NCBI RefSeq assembly: GCF_009931435.1
Contig: NZ_CP043414.1
Origin: Escherichia coli
GTDB taxonomy: Bacteria; Pseudomonadota; Gammaproteobacteria; Enterobacterales; Enterobacteriaceae
Strand: one strand, 5' to 3'
Length of the DNA stretch: 64,000 nt
Shown here: positions 33,444 to 45,411 of the stretch, piece by piece
Layout of the letters: every line of letters begins with the position of its first letter
Numbering within the stretch: the first letter of the stretch is position 1
Position numbers and translations under genes: made by a program
Notes under the pieces: generated by a model
The model's database searches: none
What the model was told of the DNA's origin: nothing
What the model saw: the letters and a program-made list of their open reading frames with translations, nothing else

Positions 33444-34484
33444 TTGAACATAGACACTCGCGAAATTACTCTGGAGCCAGCAGACAACGCACGTCTGTTG
33501 AGCCTGTGCGGCCCGTTTGATGACAACATCAAACAACTCGAACGCCGTCTCGGCATCGAAATCAATCGCCGTGATAACCACTTTAAACTGACCGGCCGTC
33601 CGATTTGCGTCACCGCTGCGGCAGACATTCTGCGTAGCCTGTATGTCGATACTGCCCCGATGCGCGGTCAGATTCAGGATATCGAGCCGGAACAGATCCA
33701 CCTGGCGATTAAAGAAGCACGCGTGCTGGAACAAAGTGCGGAGAGCGTGCCGGAGTATGGCAAAGCGGTCAATATCAAGACCAAACGCGGCGTAATCAAG
33801 CCGCGCACGCCAAACCAGGCGCAGTACATCGCCAATATTCTCGACCATGACATTACCTTCGGCGTTGGCCCGGCGGGTACGGGTAAAACCTACCTGGCAG
33901 TGGCTGCGGCAGTTGATGCCCTGGAGCGTCAGGAAATTCGCCGTATTCTGCTGACTCGTCCGGCGGTAGAAGCCGGTGAGAAACTGGGCTTCCTGCCTGG
34001 CGATTTAAGCCAGAAAGTGGACCCGTATCTGCGCCCGCTGTATGACGCGCTGTTTGAAATGTTGGGCTTTGAGAAAGTCGAGAAGCTGATTGAGCGCAAC
34101 GTTATTGAAGTCGCGCCACTGGCCTATATGCGTGGCCGTACGCTGAACGACGCGTTTATCATTCTTGATGAGAGCCAGAACACCACCATCGAACAGATGA
34201 AGATGTTCCTGACTCGTATCGGTTTTAACTCAAAAGCGGTTATTACCGGCGATGTCACGCAGATCGACTTACCGCGTAATACTAAATCAGGTTTACGTCA
34301 CGCTATCGAAGTGTTAGCCGATGTCGAAGAGATCAGCTTTAACTTCTTCCACAGCGAAGACGTGGTTCGTCACCCGGTGGTAGCGCGTATCGTTAACGCT
34401 TATGAAGCCTGGGAAGAAGCCGAACAAAAACGAAAAGCGGCGCTGGCAGCAGAACGCAAGCGCGAAGAACAGGAACAAAAATGA
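33444..34484 (+). CDS. ybeZ: PhoH-like ATPase YbeZ
   Basis: ORF track 33405..34484; start placed at TTG 33444 (aagagga 5 nt upstream) giving 346 aa beginning (M)NIDTREI; Walker A GPAGTGKT. Confidence 0.9.
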
Positions 34485-34948
34485 GTCAGGTGATCCTCGA
34501 TTTACAACTGGCATGTGAAGATAATTCCGGGTTACCGGAAGAGAGCCAGTTTCAGACATGGCTGAATGCGGTGATCCCGCAGTTTCAGGAAGAATCGGAA
34601 GTGACTATTCGCGTGGTCGATACCGCCGAAAGCCACAGTCTCAATCTGACCTATCGCGGTAAGGATAAGCCGACCAACGTGCTCTCCTTCCCGTTTGAAG
34701 TACCGCCTGGCATGGAGATGTCGCTGCTGGGTGATCTGGTTATCTGCCGTCAGGTCGTTGAGAAGGAAGCACAAGAGCAAGGCAAACCACTGGAAGCGCA
34801 CTGGGCGCATATGGTGGTGCACGGCAGTCTGCATTTGTTAGGTTACGATCACATCGAAGACGACGAAGCAGAAGAAATGGAAGCCCTCGAAACAGAGATT
34901 ATGCTTGCTCTGGGCTATGAGGATCCGTACATTGCCGAGAAAGAATAA
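34481..34948 (+). CDS. ybeY: endoribonuclease YbeY (rRNA maturation)
   Basis: ORF track 34481..34948, 155 aa; HxxxHxxGxxH zinc motif ([11 protein letters not shown]); ATGA overlap with ybeZ. Confidence 0.95.
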
Positions 34949-35037
34949 TTTGCCAGGCATTTGACTGGCAGACGTCCCCGCCGTTGGTGATTAACGACGG
35001 CGTTTTGATTAACTAACATGAGAACCCATACGACGCC

Positions 35038-35916
35038 ATGAGCGACGACAATTCACACAGTAGTGACACGATAAGCAACAAGAAGGGATTTTTCTCCCTG
35101 TTACTCAGCCAACTTTTCCACGGTGAACCGAAAAACCGTGACGAACTGCTGGCGCTGATCCGTGATTCCGGGCAGAACGACCTTATCGACGAAGATACGC
35201 GCGATATGCTCGAAGGGGTGATGGACATCGCAGACCAACGCGTTCGCGACATCATGATCCCCCGCTCCCAGATGATTACCCTGAAACGCAACCAGACGCT
35301 GGACGAATGCCTTGATGTCATCATCGAGTCCGCCCACTCACGTTTCCCGGTGATTAGCGAAGACAAAGATCACATTGAAGGGATTCTGATGGCGAAAGAC
35401 TTGCTGCCGTTTATGCGCAGCGATGCAGAAGCCTTCAGCATGGACAAAGTGTTACGTCAGGCGGTTGTCGTTCCTGAAAGTAAGCGCGTAGACCGGATGC
35501 TGAAAGAGTTTCGCTCTCAGCGTTACCACATGGCGATCGTCATTGACGAATTCGGTGGGGTTTCCGGTCTGGTGACCATTGAAGATATCCTGGAACTGAT
35601 TGTTGGTGAGATTGAAGACGAGTATGACGAAGAAGATGATATCGACTTCCGTCAGCTGAGTCGTCATACCTGGACCGTGCGCGCACTGGCTTCCATCGAA
35701 GATTTCAACGAAGCCTTCGGCACCCACTTTAGCGATGAAGAAGTCGACACCATCGGCGGTCTAGTGATGCAGGCATTTGGGCATCTCCCGGCGCGTGGCG
35801 AAACCATCGACATCGACGGTTACCAGTTCAAAGTGGCGATGGCCGACAGTCGGCGTATTATTCAGGTTCATGTCAAAATCCCGGATGACTCACCCCAGCC
35901 AAAGCTGGATGAATAA
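35038..35916 (+). CDS. corC: CBS-domain Mg/Co efflux-associated protein CorC
   Basis: ORF track 35038..35916, 292 aa. Confidence 0.93.
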   Translation: MSDDNSHSSDTISNKKGFFSLLLSQLFHGEPKNRDELLALIRDSGQNDLIDEDTRDMLEGVMDIADQRVRDIMIPRSQMITLKRNQTLDECLDVIIESAHSRFPVISEDKDHIEGILMAKDLLPFMRSDAEAFSMDKVLRQAVVVPESKRVDRMLKEFRSQRYHMAIVIDEFGGVSGLVTIEDILELIVGEIEDEYDEEDDIDFRQLSRHTWTVRALASIEDFNEAFGTHFSDEEVDTIGGLVMQAFGHLPARGETIDIDGYQFKVAMADSRRIIQVHVKIPDDSPQPKLDE

Positions 35917-35940
35917 AACCGAAACTGGATAGATAACTAC

Positions 35941-37479
35941 ATGGCTTTTGCCTCATTAATTGAACGCCAGCGCATTCGCCTGCTGCTGGCGTTATTATTC
36001 GGTGCCTGCGGAACGCTGGCCTTCTCTCCTTACGATGTCTGGCCTGCGGCGATTATTTCGCTGATGGGACTTCAGGCGCTCACCTTTAACCGCCGTCCAC
36101 TCCAGTCTGCCGCTATTGGCTTTTGCTGGGGATTTGGCCTGTTTGGCAGCGGTATTAACTGGGTCTATGTCAGCATCGCGACCTTTGGCGGAATGCCTGG
36201 CCCAGTTAACATCTTCCTGGTGGTGCTGCTGGCGGCGTATTTGTCGCTGTATACCGGACTGTTTGCTGGCGTGCTGTCGCGTCTGTGGCCGAAAACCACC
36301 TGGCTACGCGTGGCGATTGCCGCCCCTGCTCTCTGGCAAGTGACCGAGTTTCTGCGCGGTTGGGTGCTGACTGGCTTCCCGTGGTTGCAGTTCGGCTATA
36401 GCCAGATTGACGGTCCGTTAAAAGGACTGGCACCGATAATGGGCGTGGAAGCCATTAACTTCCTGCTGATGATGGTAAGCGGCCTGCTGGCACTGGCGTT
36501 GGTCAAACGCAACTGGCGTCCGCTGGTGGTGGCCGTCGTGCTGTTCGCCCTTCCCTTCCCGCTGCGTTACATCCAGTGGTTCACCCCGCAACCGGAGAAA
36601 ACCATTCAGGTTTCGATGGTTCAGGGCGACATTCCGCAATCGCTGAAGTGGGATGAAGGCCAGCTTCTCAATACGCTGAAGATTTACTACAACGCAACGG
36701 CACCGCTGATGGGCAAGTCATCGCTGATTATCTGGCCGGAGTCGGCGATAACCGACCTGGAAATTAATCAGCAGCCGTTCCTCAAAGCACTGGACGGTGA
36801 GTTGCGTGATAAAGGTAGCTCGCTGGTCACCGGGATTGTCGACGCGCGTCTCAATAAGCAGAACCGCTACGATACCTACAACACCATCATCACGCTGGGT
36901 AAAGGTGCACCGTACAGCTATGAATCGACCGATCGCTATAACAAAAACCATCTGGTGCCGTTTGGCGAGTTTGTCCCGCTGGAGTCGATTCTGCGTCCGT
37001 TAGCACCGTTCTTTGATCTGCCGATGTCGTCATTCAGCCGTGGACCATATATCCAACCACCGCTGTCGGTAAATGGTATTGAGCTTACTGCGGCTATTTG
37101 CTACGAGATCATTCTCGGCGAGCAAGTGCGCGATAACTTCCGCCCGGATACCGACTATCTGCTGACTATCTCCAACGATGCGTGGTTTGGTAAGTCTATT
37201 GGCCCATGGCAGCACTTTCAGATGGCGCGAATGCGTGCGCTGGAGCTGGCGCGCCCGCTGCTGCGTAGCACCAATAATGGCATCACGGCGGTGATTGGTC
37301 CGCAGGGTGAGATTCAGGCGATGATCCCGCAATTCACCCGCGAGGTGTTGACCACTAATGTGACGCCGACTACCGGACTCACACCGTACGCACGTACCGG
37401 CAACTGGCCGCTGTGGGTACTGACGGCACTGTTTGGTTTTGCCGCTGTGTTGATGAGTCTGCATCAACGACGTAAATAA
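35941..37479 (+). CDS. lnt: apolipoprotein N-acyltransferase
   Basis: ORF track 35941..37479, 512 aa; N-terminal multi-TM region plus CN-hydrolase domain. Confidence 0.95.
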   Translation: MAFASLIERQRIRLLLALLFGACGTLAFSPYDVWPAAIISLMGLQALTFNRRPLQSAAIGFCWGFGLFGSGINWVYVSIATFGGMPGPVNIFLVVLLAAYLSLYTGLFAGVLSRLWPKTTWLRVAIAAPALWQVTEFLRGWVLTGFPWLQFGYSQIDGPLKGLAPIMGVEAINFLLMMVSGLLALALVKRNWRPLVVAVVLFALPFPLRYIQWFTPQPEKTIQVSMVQGDIPQSLKWDEGQLLNTLKIYYNATAPLMGKSSLIIWPESAITDLEINQQPFLKALDGELRDKGSSLVTGIVDARLNKQNRYDTYNTIITLGKGAPYSYESTDRYNKNHLVPFGEFVPLESILRPLAPFFDLPMSSFSRGPYIQPPLSVNGIELTAAICYEIILGEQVRDNFRPDTDYLLTISNDAWFGKSIGPWQHFQMARMRALELARPLLRSTNNGITAVIGPQGEIQAMIPQFTREVLTTNVTPTTGLTPYARTGNWPLWVLTALFGFAAVLMSLHQRRK

Positions 37480-37490
37480 TCCCTTCTTAT

Positions 37491-37558
37491 CGTGCCGGAA
37501 TACATCCCGTATTTCGGCACGCTCGCCGGATGTGGTATCAGTGCGTTATCCGGATGAC
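37491..37558. repeat. hairpin plus REP-like palindrome downstream of lnt
   Basis: cgtgccgga ... tcggcacg stem, then gccggatgtggtatcagtgcgttatccggatgac. Confidence 0.6.
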
Positions 37559-37578
37559 AAAATTCCCCTATCCAACTT

Positions 37579-37594
37579 TGGCACATCTATTGCT
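37579..37594 (+). promoter_or_regulatory. candidate sigma-54 (-24/-12) promoter upstream of gltI
   Basis: TGGCAC-atcta-TTGCT matches TGGCAC-N5-TTGCW; TGCACC / GGTAGCACC half-site-like motifs nearby. Confidence 0.35.
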
Positions 37595-37875
37595 TTGTTA
37601 TACAAGGCAAAGCTTGAACCCGCGTCAGAACAACCCGGTTGCACCACAGCAATCCACCGGTAGCACCAAAAGAGTGCATTTTAAGAATTTTGCTTCGGAA
37701 TGGTGCGGCGCATCTCGCAAAAACAAACAATAAAACATCAATATCTTTACATTTAGCCAAACTAAATGTTACCTAACAAACACAACACTGCACAATAAAG
37801 TTGCAGATGATAACAACACAAACACTCACAACGGGTATCCATGCGTTCTTAACGCAGAAGATAAAGGAGTTGGAT

Positions 37876-38784
37876 ATGCAATTACGTAAACCTGCCACAG
37901 CAATCCTGGCCCTGGCGCTTTCCGCAGGCCTGGCACAGGCAGATGACGCCGCCCCGGCAGCGGGCAGTACGCTGGACAAAATCGCCAAAAACGGTGTGAT
38001 TGTCGTCGGTCACCGTGAATCTTCAGTACCTTTCTCTTATTACGACAATCAGCAAAAAGTGGTGGGTTACTCGCAGGATTACTCCAACGCCATTGTTGAA
38101 GCAGTGAAAAAGAAACTCAATAAACCGGACTTGCAGGTGAAACTGATTCCGATCACCTCACAAAACCGTATTCCGCTGCTGCAAAACGGCACTTTCGATT
38201 TTGAATGTGGTTCAACCACCAACAACGTCGAACGCCAAAAACAGGCGGCTTTCTCTGACACTATTTTCGTGGTCGGTACGCGCCTGCTGACCAAAAAAGG
38301 CGGCGATATCAAAGATTTTGCCGACCTGAAAGGCAAAGCCGTAGTCGTTACTTCCGGCACTACCTCTGAAGTTTTGCTCAACAAACTGAATGAAGAGCAA
38401 AAAATGAATATGCGCATCATCAGCGCCAAAGATCACGGTGACTCTTTCCGCACCCTGGAAAGCGGTCGTGCCGTTGCCTTTATGATGGATGACGCTCTGT
38501 TAGCCGGTGAGCGAGCGAAAGCGAAGAAACCAGACAACTGGGAAATCGTCGGCAAGCCGCAGTCTCAGGAAGCCTACGGTTGCATGTTGCGTAAAGACGA
38601 TCCGCAGTTCAAAAAGCTGATGGATGACACTATCGCTCAGGTGCAGACCTCCGGTGAAGCGGAAAAATGGTTTGATAAGTGGTTCAAAAATCCAATTCCG
38701 CCGAAAAACCTGAACATGAATTTCGAACTGTCAGACGAAATGAAAGCACTGTTCAAAGAACCGAATGACAAGGCACTGAACTAA
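37876..38784 (+). CDS. gltI: glutamate/aspartate ABC transporter periplasmic binding protein
   Basis: ORF track 37801..38784; start placed at ATG 37876 (MQLRKPATAILALALSAGLAQA signal peptide) with aaggag upstream, 302 aa. Confidence 0.94.
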   Translation: MQLRKPATAILALALSAGLAQADDAAPAAGSTLDKIAKNGVIVVGHRESSVPFSYYDNQQKVVGYSQDYSNAIVEAVKKKLNKPDLQVKLIPITSQNRIPLLQNGTFDFECGSTTNNVERQKQAAFSDTIFVVGTRLLTKKGGDIKDFADLKGKAVVVTSGTTSEVLLNKLNEEQKMNMRIISAKDHGDSFRTLESGRAVAFMMDDALLAGERAKAKKPDNWEIVGKPQSQEAYGCMLRKDDPQFKKLMDDTIAQVQTSGEAEKWFDKWFKNPIPPKNLNMNFELSDEMKALFKEPNDKALN

Positions 38785-38789
38785 TTACA

Positions 38790-38941
38790 AGAACCAGGGG
38801 CGGAAATTCCAGCCCTCTCGATTGTTACGTAGCACGGACAGACTATACGCCTGATGGTCGTTCCCCATCGGGCCTGAAAACCGCAATACGCTGGGTAACA
38901 ATCTTCGAGGGTAGCAGTTAACGCTGCTACCCTCTTTTTTC
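38790..38941 (+). ncRNA. sroC: sRNA SroC region (gltI 3' end / gltI-gltJ spacer), ending at an intra-operon terminator
   Basis: 169-nt spacer between gltI and gltJ ending in gagggtagcag ttaacg ctgctaccctc + T7 (38907..38941); 5' boundary not determinable from sequence alone. Confidence 0.5.
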
Positions 38942-38953
38942 TGGAGTAGATTT

Positions 38954-39694
38954 ATGTCTATAGACTGGAACTGGGGTATTTTTTTACAACAAGCCCCGTT
39001 CGGCAACACCACCTATCTTGGTTGGATCTGGAGTGGTTTTCAGGTGACGATCGCTTTGTCGATCTGCGCCTGGATTATCGCTTTCCTCGTCGGTTCATTT
39101 TTCGGCATTTTACGTACCGTTCCAAACCGTTTTCTCTCCGGTCTGGGTACGTTGTATGTCGAACTGTTCCGCAACGTGCCGTTGATTGTGCAATTCTTTA
39201 CCTGGTATCTGGTTATCCCTGAACTGTTGCCGGAAAAAATCGGCATGTGGTTTAAGGCAGAACTAGACCCCAATATTCAGTTTTTCCTCTCCTCCATGCT
39301 CTGTCTGGGACTGTTTACTGCAGCTCGTGTTTGCGAACAAGTACGCGCCGCGATTCAGTCGCTGCCGCGTGGGCAAAAAAATGCCGCGCTGGCAATGGGT
39401 CTGACGCTACCGCAGGCTTACCGCTACGTACTGTTGCCTAACGCTTATCGCGTTATCGTCCCGCCAATGACCTCTGAGATGATGAACCTGGTAAAAAACT
39501 CCGCCATCGCCTCGACCATCGGTCTGGTGGATATGGCGGCGCAGGCCGGTAAATTGCTCGATTACTCGGCCCACGCCTGGGAGTCATTTACCGCCATTAC
39601 GCTGGCGTATGTGTTGATTAACGCTTTTATCATGCTGGTGATGACGCTGGTTGAACGTAAAGTTCGCCTGCCCGGCAACATGGGGGGCAAATAA
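38954..39694 (+). CDS. gltJ: glutamate/aspartate ABC transporter permease
   Basis: ORF track 38954..39694, 246 aa, multi-TM. Confidence 0.94.
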   Translation: MSIDWNWGIFLQQAPFGNTTYLGWIWSGFQVTIALSICAWIIAFLVGSFFGILRTVPNRFLSGLGTLYVELFRNVPLIVQFFTWYLVIPELLPEKIGMWFKAELDPNIQFFLSSMLCLGLFTAARVCEQVRAAIQSLPRGQKNAALAMGLTLPQAYRYVLLPNAYRVIVPPMTSEMMNLVKNSAIASTIGLVDMAAQAGKLLDYSAHAWESFTAITLAYVLINAFIMLVMTLVERKVRLPGNMGGK

Positions 39695-40368
39695 TGTACG
39701 AGTTTGACTGGAGTTCCATTGTTCCTTCCCTGCCATATCTGCTCGACGGGCTGGTGATCACCCTGAAAATCACCATCACGGCGGTGGTCATTGGTATTTT
39801 GTGGGGTACGTTGCTGGCAGTAATGCGCTTGTCCAGCTTTGCGCCGATTGCCTGGTTTGCCAAAGCCTACGTTAACGTGTTCCGTTCGATCCCGTTAGTC
39901 ATGGTTTTGCTATGGTTTTACCTGATTGTGCCGGGTTTTCTGCAAAACGTGCTGGGATTATCGCCAAAAAATGATATCCGTTTAATTTCGGCGATGGTGG
40001 CGTTTTCGATGTTTGAAGCGGCCTACTATTCAGAGATTATCCGTGCCGGTATTCAAAGTATTTCCCGTGGGCAGTCGAGCGCCGCGCTGGCGTTGGGGAT
40101 GACTCACTGGCAGTCGATGAAACTGATTATTCTGCCGCAGGCGTTCCGCGCGATGGTGCCGCTGCTGCTCACTCAGGGCATCGTACTGTTCCAGGATACC
40201 TCGCTGGTGTATGTGTTATCTCTGGCCGATTTCTTCCGTACCGCCTCAACCATTGGTGAGCGTGATGGTACACAGGTCGAAATGATTCTGTTTGCCGGGT
40301 TTGTTTATTTCGTTATTAGCCTTAGCGCATCGTTGTTGGTCAGCTACTTGAAAAGAAGGACAGCATAA
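39694..40368 (+). CDS. gltK: glutamate/aspartate ABC transporter permease
   Basis: ORF track 39694..40368, 224 aa, multi-TM; 1-nt overlap with gltJ. Confidence 0.94.
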   Translation: MYEFDWSSIVPSLPYLLDGLVITLKITITAVVIGILWGTLLAVMRLSSFAPIAWFAKAYVNVFRSIPLVMVLLWFYLIVPGFLQNVLGLSPKNDIRLISAMVAFSMFEAAYYSEIIRAGIQSISRGQSSAALALGMTHWQSMKLIILPQAFRAMVPLLLTQGIVLFQDTSLVYVLSLADFFRTASTIGERDGTQVEMILFAGFVYFVISLSASLLVSYLKRRTA

Positions 40369-41093
40369 TGATTACCCTGAAAAATGTTTCAAAATGGTAT
40401 GGTCACTTTCAGGTGCTGACCGACTGCTCAACCGAAGTGAAAAAAGGTGAAGTAGTGGTGGTTTGTGGTCCGTCAGGCTCTGGCAAATCAACACTGATTA
40501 AAACCGTCAACGGCCTCGAACCGGTGCAGCAAGGTGAAATCACCGTCGATGGTATCGTGGTTAATGATAAGAAAACCGATCTGGCAAAGCTGCGTTCCCG
40601 CGTCGGGATGGTGTTCCAGCATTTCGAGCTGTTCCCTCATTTGTCGATTATTGAAAACCTGACCCTGGCGCAGGTAAAAGTGCTTAAACGCGATAAAGCG
40701 CCCGCTCGTGAAAAAGCCCTGAAATTGCTGGAGCGCGTCGGGCTTTCCGCACATGCCAATAAGTTTCCGGCGCAGCTTTCCGGCGGTCAGCAGCAGCGTG
40801 TGGCGATCGCTCGCGCATTGTGCATGGATCCTATCGCGATGCTGTTCGACGAACCGACATCGGCGCTGGATCCGGAGATGATTAACGAAGTGCTGGACGT
40901 GATGGTGGAACTGGCGAACGAAGGAATGACCATGATGGTGGTGACCCACGAAATGGGCTTTGCCCGTAAAGTGGCGAATCGGGTGATCTTTATGGACGAG
41001 GGTAAAATTGTCGAAGACTCGCCGAAAGACGCTTTCTTCGATGATCCGAAATCGGACCGCGCAAAAGACTTCCTCGCGAAAATCCTGCATTAA
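40368..41093 (+). CDS. gltL: glutamate/aspartate ABC transporter ATP-binding protein
   Basis: ORF track 40368..41093, 241 aa; Walker [18 protein letters not shown] signature, Walker B. Confidence 0.95.
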   Translation: MITLKNVSKWYGHFQVLTDCSTEVKKGEVVVVCGPSGSGKSTLIKTVNGLEPVQQGEITVDGIVVNDKKTDLAKLRSRVGMVFQHFELFPHLSIIENLTLAQVKVLKRDKAPAREKALKLLERVGLSAHANKFPAQLSGGQQQRVAIARALCMDPIAMLFDEPTSALDPEMINEVLDVMVELANEGMTMMVVTHEMGFARKVANRVIFMDEGKIVEDSPKDAFFDDPKSDRAKDFLAKILH

Positions 41094-41210
41094 TCACTCT
41101 GGCGCGCATACCCAAGTGCGCGCCATCTCACGCTTTATCGTTTCGCTCCTCGTATCTGTTACATCCTGGCGTTACCCTTGTCGCAAAGAAGCACACAACA
41201 AGGAGCAACA

Positions 41211-42146
41211 ATGGCACTGCCGATTCTGTTAGATTGCGACCCAGGTCATGACGACGCTATCGCAATAGTTCTCGCCCTCGCCTCACCAGAGCTTGATGTC
41301 AAAGCAATTACGTCTTCCGCCGGAAACCAGACACCAGAAAAAACCTTACGCAATGTTCTGCGTATGCTGACCTTGCTTAATCGCACCGATATTCCGGTAG
41401 CAGGCGGCGCGGTAAAACCATTAATGCGTGATTTGATTATCGCGGACAATGTGCACGGCGAAAGCGGTCTCGACGGCCCGGCATTACCGGAACCGACGTT
41501 CGCACCGCAAAACTGTACGGCGGTGGAGCTGATGGCGAAAACGCTGCGTGAAAGTGCGGAACCTGTCACGATTGTTTCTACCGGACCGCAAACTAACGTT
41601 GCCTTGCTGCTCAATAGCCATCCGGAACTGCATAGCAAAATCGCCCGTATCGTGATTATGGGCGGCGCAATGGGGCTTGGTAACTGGACGCCAGCCGCCG
41701 AGTTTAATATTTATGTTGACCCGGAAGCGGCAGAAATTGTTTTCCAGTCAGGGATCCCGGTGGTGATGGCCGGTCTGGATGTTACCCACAAAGCACAAAT
41801 CCACGTTGAAGACACCGAGCGTTTCCGCGCGATTGGCAACCCTGTTTCAACCATTGTTGCCGAACTGCTGGATTTCTTCCTCGAATATCACAAAGACGAA
41901 AAATGGGGCTTTGTGGGCGCACCGCTGCATGACCCATGCACCATCGCCTGGCTGTTGAAACCAGAGTTGTTTACCACTGTTGAGCGCTGGGTTGGCGTGG
42001 AAACACAGGGGAAATATACTCAGGGCATGACGGTTGTTGATTATTATTATCTGACAGGCAATAAACCGAATGCCACTGTAATGGTCGATATTGATCGTCA
42101 GGGCTTTGTTGATTTACTGGCTGAGCGTCTGAAATTTTACGCTTAA
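41211..42146 (+). CDS. rihA: pyrimidine-specific ribonucleoside hydrolase
   Basis: ORF track 41178..42146; start placed at ATG 41211 ([16 protein letters not shown], DxDxxxDD motif) with aaggag upstream, 311 aa. Confidence 0.94.
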   Translation: MALPILLDCDPGHDDAIAIVLALASPELDVKAITSSAGNQTPEKTLRNVLRMLTLLNRTDIPVAGGAVKPLMRDLIIADNVHGESGLDGPALPEPTFAPQNCTAVELMAKTLRESAEPVTIVSTGPQTNVALLLNSHPELHSKIARIVIMGGAMGLGNWTPAAEFNIYVDPEAAEIVFQSGIPVVMAGLDVTHKAQIHVEDTERFRAIGNPVSTIVAELLDFFLEYHKDEKWGFVGAPLHDPCTIAWLLKPELFTTVERWVGVETQGKYTQGMTVVDYYYLTGNKPNATVMVDIDRQGFVDLLAERLKFYA

Positions 42147-42229
42147 CACACCACATTGATTAAGATCACCACGCTTTCACAGGGTGGTCTTAATCTGTTT
42201 ATCTCTTTTTCTTTCAAGATATAAATGCA

Positions 42230-43900
42230 ATGGATAATGCAGAACTCGCCATTGGTATCGATCTCGGCACTACCAATAGTTTAATTGCCGTCTGGAAAGA
42301 CGGTGCCGCGCAATTAATTCCAAATAAGTTCGGTGAATATTTAACACCATCCATCATTAGTATGGATGAAAATAATCATATTTTAGTCGGAAAACCGGCT
42401 GTATCACGGCGCACTTCGCATCCGGATAAAACCGCCGCATTATTTAAACGCTCAATGGGCAGTAATACCAACTGGCGGTTAGGCAGCGACACATTTAACG
42501 CACCAGAACTGTCCTCTTTGGTCTTACGTTCATTAAAAGAAGATGCCGAAGAATTTCTGCAACGTTCTATTAAAAATGTGGTGATCTCTGTTCCGGCTTA
42601 TTTCAGTGATGAACAACGCAAGCATACCCGTTTAGCAGCGGAGCTAGCCGGGTTAAATGCGGTACGCTTAATTAATGAACCCACAGCAGCTGCGATGGCA
42701 TATGGCCTGCATACGCAACAAAATACCCGCTCGCTGGTTTTTGATCTCGGTGGCGGCACGTTTGACGTCACGGTGCTCGAATACGCCACGCCGGTGATTG
42801 AAGTTCACGCCTCCGCTGGCGACAACTTTCTTGGCGGCGAAGATTTTACTCATATGCTGGTGGATGAAGTTTTAAAACGCGCCGCAGTGGCTAAAAACAT
42901 GCTCAACGAAAGTGAGCTGGCAGCCCTGTACACCAGCGTGGAAGCGGCAAAATGCAGCAATCAATTACCGCTGCAAATTAGCTGGCAGTATCAGGAAGAA
43001 ACGCGTGAGTGCGAATTTTACGAGAACGAACTGGAAGATTTGTGGTTGCCGCTGCTCAATCGCTTGCGAGTGCCGATTGAACAGGCGTTGCGCGATGCAC
43101 GTCTGAAGCCAAGTCAAATCGACAGTCTGGTGCTGGTTGGCGGCGCATCACAAATGCCGCTGGTGCAGCGAATCGCCGTGCGTCTGTTTGGCAAATTACC
43201 GTATCAAAGTTACGACCCGAGTACTATTGTCGCGCTGGGCGCAGCGATCCAGGCCGCCTGCCGCTTACGCAGCGAAGACATTGAAGAAGTGATCCTCACC
43301 GATATTTGCCCCTACTCCTTAGGTGTTGAAGTTAACCGCCAGGGCGTTTCCGGCATTTTCTCACCGATTATTGAACGAAACACCACTGTACCGGTGTCGC
43401 GTGTAGAAACTTACTCGACCATGCACCCGGAACAGGATTCAATTACGGTTAACGTCTATCAGGGAGAAAACCACAAAGTTAAAAATAACATTCTGGTAGA
43501 ATCCTTCGATGTGCCGTTGAAGAAAACCGGGGCTTATCAGTCGATTGATATTCGCTTTAGTTATGATATCAACGGGTTGCTTGAAGTTGACGTGCTTCTG
43601 GAAGACGGCAGCGTTAAGTCCAGAGTCATTAACCACAGCCCGGTAACGTTAAGTACCCAGCAAATTGAAGAGAGTCGGGCAAGGTTATCCGCATTAAAAA
43701 TTTATCCGCGCGATATGCTTATCAACCGTACCTTTAAGGCCAAACTGGAAGAGTTGTGGGCGCGGGCGCTGGGTGACGAGCGAGAAGAGATCGGCCGGGT
43801 GATCACCGATTTTGATGCGGCGTTGCAGTCAAACGATATGGCCCGCGTCGATGAAGTTCGGCGACGGGCGAGCGATTATTTGGCTATTGAGATCCCTTAA
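42230..43900 (+). CDS. hscC: Hsp70-family chaperone HscC (truncated substrate-binding lid relative to DnaK)
   Basis: ORF track 42230..43900, 556 aa; IGIDLGTTNS and DLGGGTFD Hsp70 signatures. Confidence 0.94.
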   Translation: MDNAELAIGIDLGTTNSLIAVWKDGAAQLIPNKFGEYLTPSIISMDENNHILVGKPAVSRRTSHPDKTAALFKRSMGSNTNWRLGSDTFNAPELSSLVLRSLKEDAEEFLQRSIKNVVISVPAYFSDEQRKHTRLAAELAGLNAVRLINEPTAAAMAYGLHTQQNTRSLVFDLGGGTFDVTVLEYATPVIEVHASAGDNFLGGEDFTHMLVDEVLKRAAVAKNMLNESELAALYTSVEAAKCSNQLPLQISWQYQEETRECEFYENELEDLWLPLLNRLRVPIEQALRDARLKPSQIDSLVLVGGASQMPLVQRIAVRLFGKLPYQSYDPSTIVALGAAIQAACRLRSEDIEEVILTDICPYSLGVEVNRQGVSGIFSPIIERNTTVPVSRVETYSTMHPEQDSITVNVYQGENHKVKNNILVESFDVPLKKTGAYQSIDIRFSYDINGLLEVDVLLEDGSVKSRVINHSPVTLSTQQIEESRARLSALKIYPRDMLINRTFKAKLEELWARALGDEREEIGRVITDFDAALQSNDMARVDEVRRRASDYLAIEIP

Positions 43901-43906
43901 ACACGG

Positions 43907-43947
43907 CTGCCGGATGCGGCATAAACGCTGCATCCGGCATCGGCGCA
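43907..43947. repeat. REP-like palindrome between convergent hscC and djlC
   Basis: gctgccggatgcggcataaacgctgcatccggcatcggcgc. Confidence 0.75.
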
Positions 43948-43959
43948 AAAAACACATCC

Positions 43960-45411
43960 TCAGCTAAACAACATCGCGATTTTTCCGAGAGCATAGCCTA
44001 TCACCAGCACCGTTAAGCTGATTTTGATAATGCTGGTAATGCTCTGTGGTTTTTCATCCTCATCATTTTTTTCTTCGTGGTTTTCAGGTGTTGGCTCATC
44101 GACATCTTCATCCTCCGGCTCGAGTTTCACTTTCGTCAACAGCATCCGCGTGATAATGGCCTCTAATGGATGAGCATCTCCACCTTCCAGCCTTGTATTA
44201 AGACGGGCCAGCATCTCTTGTTTCGGGAACGCTTCCAGCACAACCTGTTCCGCTACACGATACAAATCCAGTAACGGTGAATCTTGTTCTGTCTCGCTAC
44301 CGACTCTCGATTTCCACCATGCCCATGCTTTGCGCTTGAAGAATAACGACTCAATAAACGATTGACCTAACGGCGATAATTTTCCGCTATGTAAAATTTC
44401 CGCCCATAACAGCCGCGTCCGGGCGCTCTCACCAGGAACATATTTCAACGGGTTACCTTGCGCATCAATCATGCTTTGCGCTTCGATAACTATCACTAAC
44501 AGCGCGAAATAATCCGGGCAATGTTGCGCACTCCACTGCAGTAATAAATTATCGGCTTGTGTAGACGGATAACTTTCCCAGTAACCGCAGAGATCGGCAA
44601 GCATGCTTTCCCCCTCGCCGCAGTACAACCGTTGCGCACACTGGTAATATCGGGCATCTTCACTTTCTGGTTCTTCCGTTTGCCACTGTTGCGCTACAGG
44701 AATGAGTTCCGCCATACCTGTTTGCACCGAGCTGTACCAGCGCAACAGTTTGCGATGTAACTTTGCATCATCAGGAATGAACCACGGACCTTCCATTGCC
44801 ATAAACGCAGTGACATAGTCAGGATGGTAACGGCAGCAGCGTTCCAGCGCGAAGTAATACTCAACAGTCTGGTTCTGCAACGCGACGGGATATTCCAGAA
44901 GGCTAAGGAAATCGAAACAATCACCAGCCTGAATGGCCTCAAGAAAAGCCTCCCTTTCTTCCTCATCCATTCCTTCGCTGTCATTAAACGAATGCCAGTT
45001 CAAACGCTCTGCCAGCAAAGAAGCACAATTTAATGAAAGATATCGCGCTTCTATAGCGACTGCACACAGCGGCCAGCGTAATTGATCGACATCCTCCATG
45101 TTCCAGGTATTTAATTGCTGAATAAATTTCTGCCAGGCGGAGGGCTGAAAACGATCACTTTCAGAATCCAGTAATGCCCTGAATGCACGTAGTATTTCAT
45201 GTTCAGCGGCGGCATCTTTTTCTTCATCATCTGCTTCCGCGACAGGATTTACCGCCAGTCGCAGCGCCTCTTCATAGGCCTGGCGTAATGCTTTAAACCC
45301 CTGCGGATCGGTTTCGGGATGACACAACGGTAAGCGAGCAAGATAAGCCTGGCGGATAATGTCTATTTGCGTCGTGCTTTCAATTTCGAGGATTTGCCAA
45401 CATGTTTTCAT
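43960..45411 (-). CDS. djlC: tail-anchored J-domain co-chaperone of HscC
   Basis: ORF track 43960..45411, 483 aa; N-terminal J-like segment (…[24 protein letters not shown]), acidic linker, C-terminal hydrophobic anchor ([18 protein letters not shown]). Confidence 0.85.
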   Translation of the reverse strand: MKTCWQILEIESTTQIDIIRQAYLARLPLCHPETDPQGFKALRQAYEEALRLAVNPVAEADDEEKDAAAEHEILRAFRALLDSESDRFQPSAWQKFIQQLNTWNMEDVDQLRWPLCAVAIEARYLSLNCASLLAERLNWHSFNDSEGMDEEEREAFLEAIQAGDCFDFLSLLEYPVALQNQTVEYYFALERCCRYHPDYVTAFMAMEGPWFIPDDAKLHRKLLRWYSSVQTGMAELIPVAQQWQTEEPESEDARYYQCAQRLYCGEGESMLADLCGYWESYPSTQADNLLLQWSAQHCPDYFALLVIVIEAQSMIDAQGNPLKYVPGESARTRLLWAEILHSGKLSPLGQSFIESLFFKRKAWAWWKSRVGSETEQDSPLLDLYRVAEQVVLEAFPKQEMLARLNTRLEGGDAHPLEAIITRMLLTKVKLEPEDEDVDEPTPENHEEKNDEDEKPQSITSIIKISLTVLVIGYALGKIAMLFS

